This document shows positions 58,945 to 64,000 of a DNA stretch of 64,000 nucleotides, piece after piece. A program made the position numbers and the translations under genes. The notes beneath the pieces were generated by a model, which worked only from the letters and a program-made list of their open reading frames with translations, made no database searches and was not told where the DNA came from. The stretch's first letter is position 1. Every line of letters starts with the position of its first letter. The DNA is taken from contig OZ245056.1 of NCBI GenBank assembly GCA_965224705.1, positions 224,001 through 288,000 on the forward strand. Direction: 5' to 3'. This DNA comes from Spirochaetaceae bacterium (GTDB lineage Bacteria; Spirochaetota; Spirochaetia; DSM-2461).

Positions 58945-61724
58945 AATTTTCAGTTAATAATAAACAATACACGATGGACGTGGTACCGGGTGAGATGCTG
59001 TCCACCCTACTCCGGGAAAGGCTGGGACTCACCGGAACCAAAATTGGCTGTAATGAAGCCGAATGTGGTGCATGCACTGTTCTTGTCGATGATGAGCCCA
59101 TCGTGTCATGCACATATCCTGCCGCAAGAGTTGAGAATAAGAAAGTTCTGACCATTGAGGGTCTTGCTGAATCGGAAGCTCACCGCCGTGAGGTCATGGG
59201 AAATCAACTCCATCCCCTGCAGGAAGCCTTTATATCCTATGGGGCCGTGCAGTGCGGTTTCTGTATTCCGGGTCAAATCATGACGGCCCAGGCACTGTTA
59301 AAGAATAATCCCAAACCGGAATCAAAGGACATTCGATATGCACTCAAGGACACTCTGTGCCGTTGTGCCGGCTATCCAACGATAGAGCGGGCCATTCTTG
59401 CCGCAGCCGAATCCCGGACAACTCATCAGCCTGTCCAACCTCCTGACTATGAGGCGTCCAGCAAGCCCCTTCACAGTGTGGGAACTATTGAACCCCGTCC
59501 CGATGCAATTGCCAAGGTCACAGGTAAGGCGATTTTTACCGACGATCTCACGTTTGACGGTATGCTGCATGCCCGTGTGAAACGGTGTGAAATCCCCCAT
59601 GGCATTCTAAAAAGTCTGGATGTCAGAGCTGCCAGGGCCCTTCCCGGAGTCGCCGCTGTTCTGACAGCGGAGGATATTCCAGGACGTCAGAATCATGGTC
59701 TGGTGGTAACGGACTGGCCCTCCATCGTTGGCATTGGAGAACGAGTCCGCTATGTTGCAGATACCGTAGCCCTTGTTGCAGCCGATACCAGGGAAATAGC
59801 AACAAAGGCCCTCAATCTGGTAAAGGCCGAGTACGAAGAACTGGAGGTCGTTGACAACCCTGTAAGGGCCAGGGATACAGAAGCCCCTCAACTCCACGAA
59901 AAGGGAAACTTGCTTAAGCACATCAAGGTTCGTAAGGGAAATGTAGAGAAGGGCCTGGAATCGGCTGATATTGTTATGGAACACACCTTCCACACACCGA
60001 CAACCGAACATGCCTTCATTGAGCCGGAGTGCAGTATTGCCGTCCCCTTGAAAAATGGCCGTATGGAGATCTATGTCGGTTCGCAGATTCCCTATGCCGA
60101 CCGGGATCAGGTAGCGGCCACTCTGAGCATGGAACCTGAGCAGGTAAGAGTCGTCGGGCAGCTTATGGGTGGTGGTTTTGGCGGCAAAGAGGATATTGCA
60201 GGTCAGATACATACGGCACTTCTGGCTCAGGCAACGGGAAAACCGGTGAAGCAGCTCTACGACCGGCATGAAAGCTTTCTGGTTCATCCGAAAAGACATG
60301 CAACACAAATTACAGTGACTGTGGGAGCCATGAAAGACGGCAAACTGTGTGCGGTGAAAACTGAACTTTATGGCGACACCGGGGCATATGCGTCTCTGGG
60401 AGAAAAGGTTATGGGCCGGGCAACCACACATTCCTCCGGCCCCTATGAAATTGGACACGTTAAGGCGGACTGCTACGCCATGTATACCAACAATCCCCCA
60501 GCCGGAGCATTCCGCGGCTTCGGGGCTTTGCAGGGGCAGTTTGCCATTGAAAACATGATGGATCGACTTGCCGTGAAACTGGATATGGATCCGGTTGAAC
60601 TGCGCCGTATAAATGCCCTGAGGGTGGGCAGTACAACAAATACGGGCCAGGTACTTCGGGATAGCGTTGGCCTGGTGGAATGTCTTGACAGGGTGGATGG
60701 CGAATTACGGCGTTTAGCTGGTGATCGGCCGTTCGAGGCTGTCAGGGTTCCTGGCCATCCTGATCTCCGCCGGGCATGGGGATTTGCAGCATCATATAAA
60801 AATACCGGTCTTGGGGGAGGGGCCCCGGACAAGGCTGGAGCCGAGGTAGAATTGCGTTCCGATGGCTCCTATCAGGTCCGCACATCTTCTGCCGAACTGG
60901 GACAGGGTTTGGTGACAGTGCTCCGTCTCATAGCGGCCGAAGAACTTAAAACCGAACCGCAGCGGGTGGATGTACTGGTAATGGATACCGATCTTACCCC
61001 TGACGGCGGGCCGACGACTGCTTCCCGGCAAAGTTATGTAACAGGCAATGCAACCCTCTATGCTGCCAGGCAGCTCAGGAAAAACATCGTGTCAGCGTTG
61101 AGCAAGGAGTTTTCCTGCTCCTCAGATGCCCTGGGTTATAGTGATGGTCACTTTGAATATGATAGCCGCCGTTTACCAATGGACAGGGCAGCAGCCGTAC
61201 TCAAAGAAGGAGGATTCGATACAACAGCCGCCTTTGAATATCATGCTCCTGAAACCAGACCTCTCGGCGAGGGCGGCGACATGCATGTCGCATTCTCCTT
61301 TGCAGCTCAAGCAATAGAGGTTGAGGTCAATACAAAAACAGGAGAGGTCAGGGTTCTTCGTGTTATTGCGGCGAACGATGTCGGCAAGGCTCTTAATCCG
61401 CTTGGACTTCAAGGGCAAATCGAAGGTGGAATCATAATGGGACTTGGTCATGCCCTCACGGAGGAATTCATTGTTGAAGACGGGATCCCATTTACCGACT
61501 ACATGGCCCGGTACCGTATCCCCAACATAACTCAGGTGCCTGAGATTATTTCATTTGTTGTGGAAGATCCGACTGGTGATGGCCCTTATGGAGCCAAAGG
61601 TGTCGGTGAAATTGTAAGCATTCCCACCATCCCTGCGATAGCGAATGCTGTTTATCGTGCGGCTGGAACAAGAATTGATACTCTGCCGATTGATCAGGAG
61701 AAGATTCAAAAAGCATTGCAGTAG
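58941..61724 (+). CDS. Xanthine dehydrogenase/aldehyde oxidoreductase family, fused 2Fe-2S and molybdopterin subunit
   Basis: GCNEAECGACTV, QCGFCIPG, CRCAGY, GGGFGGK, AFRGFG, GAKGVGE. Confidence 0.93.
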   Translation: MKFSVNNKQYTMDVVPGEMLSTLLRERLGLTGTKIGCNEAECGACTVLVDDEPIVSCTYPAARVENKKVLTIEGLAESEAHRREVMGNQLHPLQEAFISYGAVQCGFCIPGQIMTAQALLKNNPKPESKDIRYALKDTLCRCAGYPTIERAILAAAESRTTHQPVQPPDYEASSKPLHSVGTIEPRPDAIAKVTGKAIFTDDLTFDGMLHARVKRCEIPHGILKSLDVRAARALPGVAAVLTAEDIPGRQNHGLVVTDWPSIVGIGERVRYVADTVALVAADTREIATKALNLVKAEYEELEVVDNPVRARDTEAPQLHEKGNLLKHIKVRKGNVEKGLESADIVMEHTFHTPTTEHAFIEPECSIAVPLKNGRMEIYVGSQIPYADRDQVAATLSMEPEQVRVVGQLMGGGFGGKEDIAGQIHTALLAQATGKPVKQLYDRHESFLVHPKRHATQITVTVGAMKDGKLCAVKTELYGDTGAYASLGEKVMGRATTHSSGPYEIGHVKADCYAMYTNNPPAGAFRGFGALQGQFAIENMMDRLAVKLDMDPVELRRINALRVGSTTNTGQVLRDSVGLVECLDRVDGELRRLAGDRPFEAVRVPGHPDLRRAWGFAASYKNTGLGGGAPDKAGAEVELRSDGSYQVRTSSAELGQGLVTVLRLIAAEELKTEPQRVDVLVMDTDLTPDGGPTTASRQSYVTGNATLYAARQLRKNIVSALSKEFSCSSDALGYSDGHFEYDSRRLPMDRAAAVLKEGGFDTTAAFEYHAPETRPLGEGGDMHVAFSFAAQAIEVEVNTKTGEVRVLRVIAANDVGKALNPLGLQGQIEGGIIMGLGHALTEEFIVEDGIPFTDYMARYRIPNITQVPEIISFVVEDPTGDGPYGAKGVGEIVSIPTIPAIANAVYRAAGTRIDTLPIDQEKIQKALQ

Positions 61725-61767
61725 GGCACACTGAAGAGATTCTTCATAAGAGTCATTCCTGAGAAGA

Positions 61768-62604
61768 CTAAACCTGTCGACCTTCACGGAGCTTTGTTTC
61801 AAACCGTTCGGCTTCTCTGCCGCTGAGGTTATGCGGCTTACCGTCCAGCATCTGTGTGAGAGCCTCAAACTCTGCATCGGAGAAATGAATGCCTCCCATA
61901 ACATGGCGGTCAAAGGACTGGAAGGCCAGAGGGCATACTGTGGAAGCAATTTCTTTCATCACATTTGCATAGGCTCGTATTTCCAGCTGGGCATGGGGAT
62001 CCATACGCAATTTGAGGAAGTGGAAAAGATTGTGAAGATCAATCTGCCAGTACCATTCTGTGTACAGGCTGAGGGGCAGAACGATTCGAGCCAACTCCCG
62101 GGCAACACCCTTTTTAAGAAGATTTTCATATTCCCTGTAGGCCGTTTCATGGGCGGCCTGAATACTCTTCTGCACATTTTCTGCGTCTTCAGGGGCCATC
62201 GGTTCATTCTGTCGGCCCTGCTTGTTATCAGTGCTCTGCTGGGCAATATCTTTGAGTTCAGGGAGGAAGAAGTCATCATTCATCACGCTGTAGCGGCCGG
62301 AAATCTCGTTGAGTCTGGCTGTGCGGTGACGAACCCACTGCCGGGCAACAAAGATGGGCATTCTGGCATGGAAGGTGAAGTTGACCTGTTCAAAGGGAGA
62401 CGTATGCCCATTGCGCAGCAGATGATCGATGAGTCCGGCATTCTGCCGAAAAGTTCTGGTCCCTTCACCATAGGAAACCCGGGCGGCATCGACAATACGC
62501 TCATCACTGCCCAGATAATCCACCAAACGGATGAAACCCCTGTCTAAAACACTATATTCCTTATCAAGAATTGCATCCGCTTCTCTCACATGGCAGTGTC
62601 CCAT
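61768..62604 (-). CDS. thyX: FAD-dependent thymidylate synthase
   Basis: AARVSY, HTSPFE, RQWVRHR...NEISGRY, RELAR. Confidence 0.96.
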   Translation of the reverse strand: MGHCHVREADAILDKEYSVLDRGFIRLVDYLGSDERIVDAARVSYGEGTRTFRQNAGLIDHLLRNGHTSPFEQVNFTFHARMPIFVARQWVRHRTARLNEISGRYSVMNDDFFLPELKDIAQQSTDNKQGRQNEPMAPEDAENVQKSIQAAHETAYREYENLLKKGVARELARIVLPLSLYTEWYWQIDLHNLFHFLKLRMDPHAQLEIRAYANVMKEIASTVCPLAFQSFDRHVMGGIHFSDAEFEALTQMLDGKPHNLSGREAERFETKLREGRQV

Positions 62605-62617
62605 AATCCCATCCTTT

Positions 62618-64000
62618 TTATGTATTCTGATTCATTATACATGCTTCATCAGCATCTGCGACCATCTTACGGAGCCACCTGAGCAGTTTTTGCTCCTTCA
62701 ATCTATTCTCTCCCCGGATCTCGGCCATAACCCTGAAAACAGGTTCCGTACCGCTTCCTCTCATCCATAAAAATCCGGCATCATTCCCATTTTCATCCTT
62801 GAAAACCACCTTCAAACCACCTCGTTCCTCACCGCTCCTCTCTGTGGGACCTGTCCCAATTCGACTCCTTGTTCCCTCGTTATTGATCTCTACCCAGTCG
62901 GTGAAACCGAATTCCTCTTCAAGTTTATTCTTTTTTAATGACCACTCCCGCTTAAAGATTACCTCCCAGGCCGCTTTCAGTTCACCATGATTGTGCGTTT
63001 TAATCCTCATCTTTGCTCTCTCAGCTGAGGCAGGAGTTGTGGTAAAGGAAGGCAGGGTCGCAATGATATCGGCTGGAGTCAATCCTGACCTCCCAACTTC
63101 GGACCGACCAATCCGTCTGCACCAGTCTTCAAAGGGGCCGGGTAAACGTAGAAGTTTCAAAAAGGCCGTTATCATGTTCAGGGGATCCCGTACTTTTGAC
63201 GGATGAGTTATACTTCCGCCATTGGATCCTTCGCCCAGAAACCGTACCGTGTACCCTTCCTCCCTGAGTTCGATTCCCCGGTTCACCACATTGGCTTCAC
63301 CCACTTCCGTTTCAAAAACTTCCACTCCATAAACAGATGCGATACATCGCACCCGATGACTGGTGGGTCCATTGACAACAAGGGCATGCGGTGCTGCCGT
63401 CTCCCCGGTTTGCCAGAATAATGAAGCCAGTTCGGCCAATGCTGTCAGTGCAAACACCTCCTGAGCTTCAAGGCAGCGGGCCCTGCCCTGTTCTTCATCC
63501 CAGATAACCAGATTTCCCCGATCCCCGTCATTATCAGTGACATAGCCTGCAAGGGCACTTGCATTTCCAGCATGGGCCTTTTCCAGGGCAATTCGGCATG
63601 GTTCAAGGGATTTCCCTTCCGGTAGTATTGCATGAACAATGTGTCCGGCTGTTGTGTTCATGCCCTGGAATTCTGCACCAAGAGACTCCAGAAACTCCCT
63701 GTCCACTGAGGTGCAGCGGGCACTGCCATTCAAGTCTGCGAGTATAGTAATTGGGTTTTCTTTCAGCCCTGCCCTCAGGGTGGTCAGAATGTTACTGGAA
63801 GAGTTATCCCTGCCCCCTGCGGTTTCTTCCAGAAATTTTTTATAGATCTTACAGCATAGCTGTTTCTCTTTCGGATTGGCTTTCCGGGGGATTGCATCCG
63901 CCGGGAGAGGTAAATGACCTGCCATCACCTCTCTGTAATTTGAAATGAGTTCCTGGGCATCGTTTCCGCCAAGAACACCTCCGCCTGTACCGAATTTAAC
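62618..64000 (-). CDS. Phosphohexomutase-family protein (5' end outside the window)
   Basis: DNDGDRGN, VGEANVV, GEGSNGG, VRDP, MRGSGTEPVFRV; frame open to 64000. Confidence 0.85.
   Translation of the reverse strand, partial: VKFGTGGGVLGGNDAQELISNYREVMAGHLPLPADAIPRKANPKEKQLCCKIYKKFLEETAGGRDNSSSNILTTLRAGLKENPITILADLNGSARCTSVDREFLESLGAEFQGMNTTAGHIVHAILPEGKSLEPCRIALEKAHAGNASALAGYVTDNDGDRGNLVIWDEEQGRARCLEAQEVFALTALAELASLFWQTGETAAPHALVVNGPTSHRVRCIASVYGVEVFETEVGEANVVNRGIELREEGYTVRFLGEGSNGGSITHPSKVRDPLNMITAFLKLLRLPGPFEDWCRRIGRSEVGRSGLTPADIIATLPSFTTTPASAERAKMRIKTHNHGELKAAWEVIFKREWSLKKNKLEEEFGFTDWVEINNEGTRSRIGTGPTERSGEERGGLKVVFKDENGNDAGFLWMRGSGTEPVFRVMAEIRGENRLKEQKLLRWLRKMVADADEACIMNQNT

Noticed and set aside
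61831..62547. 238-aa plus-strand ORF (also 59607-60458, 27336-27983, 14801-15394)
   Set aside because: Antisense to well-conserved genes, with no motifs

Overview
Window from a spirochaete (Spirochaetales-like: two flaB flagellins with flaG/fliD, archaeal-type pyrH, thyX, mfd, tsaB, rmuC) with many IS scars and pseudogenes. The most striking part is 1-9690, a tandem array that probably continues left of the window. It holds six near-identical Rpn-like PD-(D/E)XK genes, each with an in-frame internal Shine-Dalgarno + ATG that would yield a small C-terminal protein (RpnS-type intragenic antitoxin) differing between copies by whole 4-aa repeats. Three copies are full length with an apparently leaderless start. 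Three lost the same 343 bp at the same 4-nt junction but keep the small protein. The copies are mosaics of each other, are separated by three families of periodic inverted repeats, and one slot holds a DUF4160/DUF2442 toxin-antitoxin pair plus a GxxExxY remnant and a MITE. Following are a sugar-uptake island, a frameshifted dcm plus a Mig-like glycosylase between IS ends, an FAD oxidoreductase-korAB operon, a carboxyltransferase, a nitrate reductase-like gene whose 5' end is duplicated around an IS3 remnant, a PocR-like two-component system, flagellar and core genes, and a xanthine dehydrogenase-family pair. All calls come from reading the sequence and recognising motifs; no searches were run.
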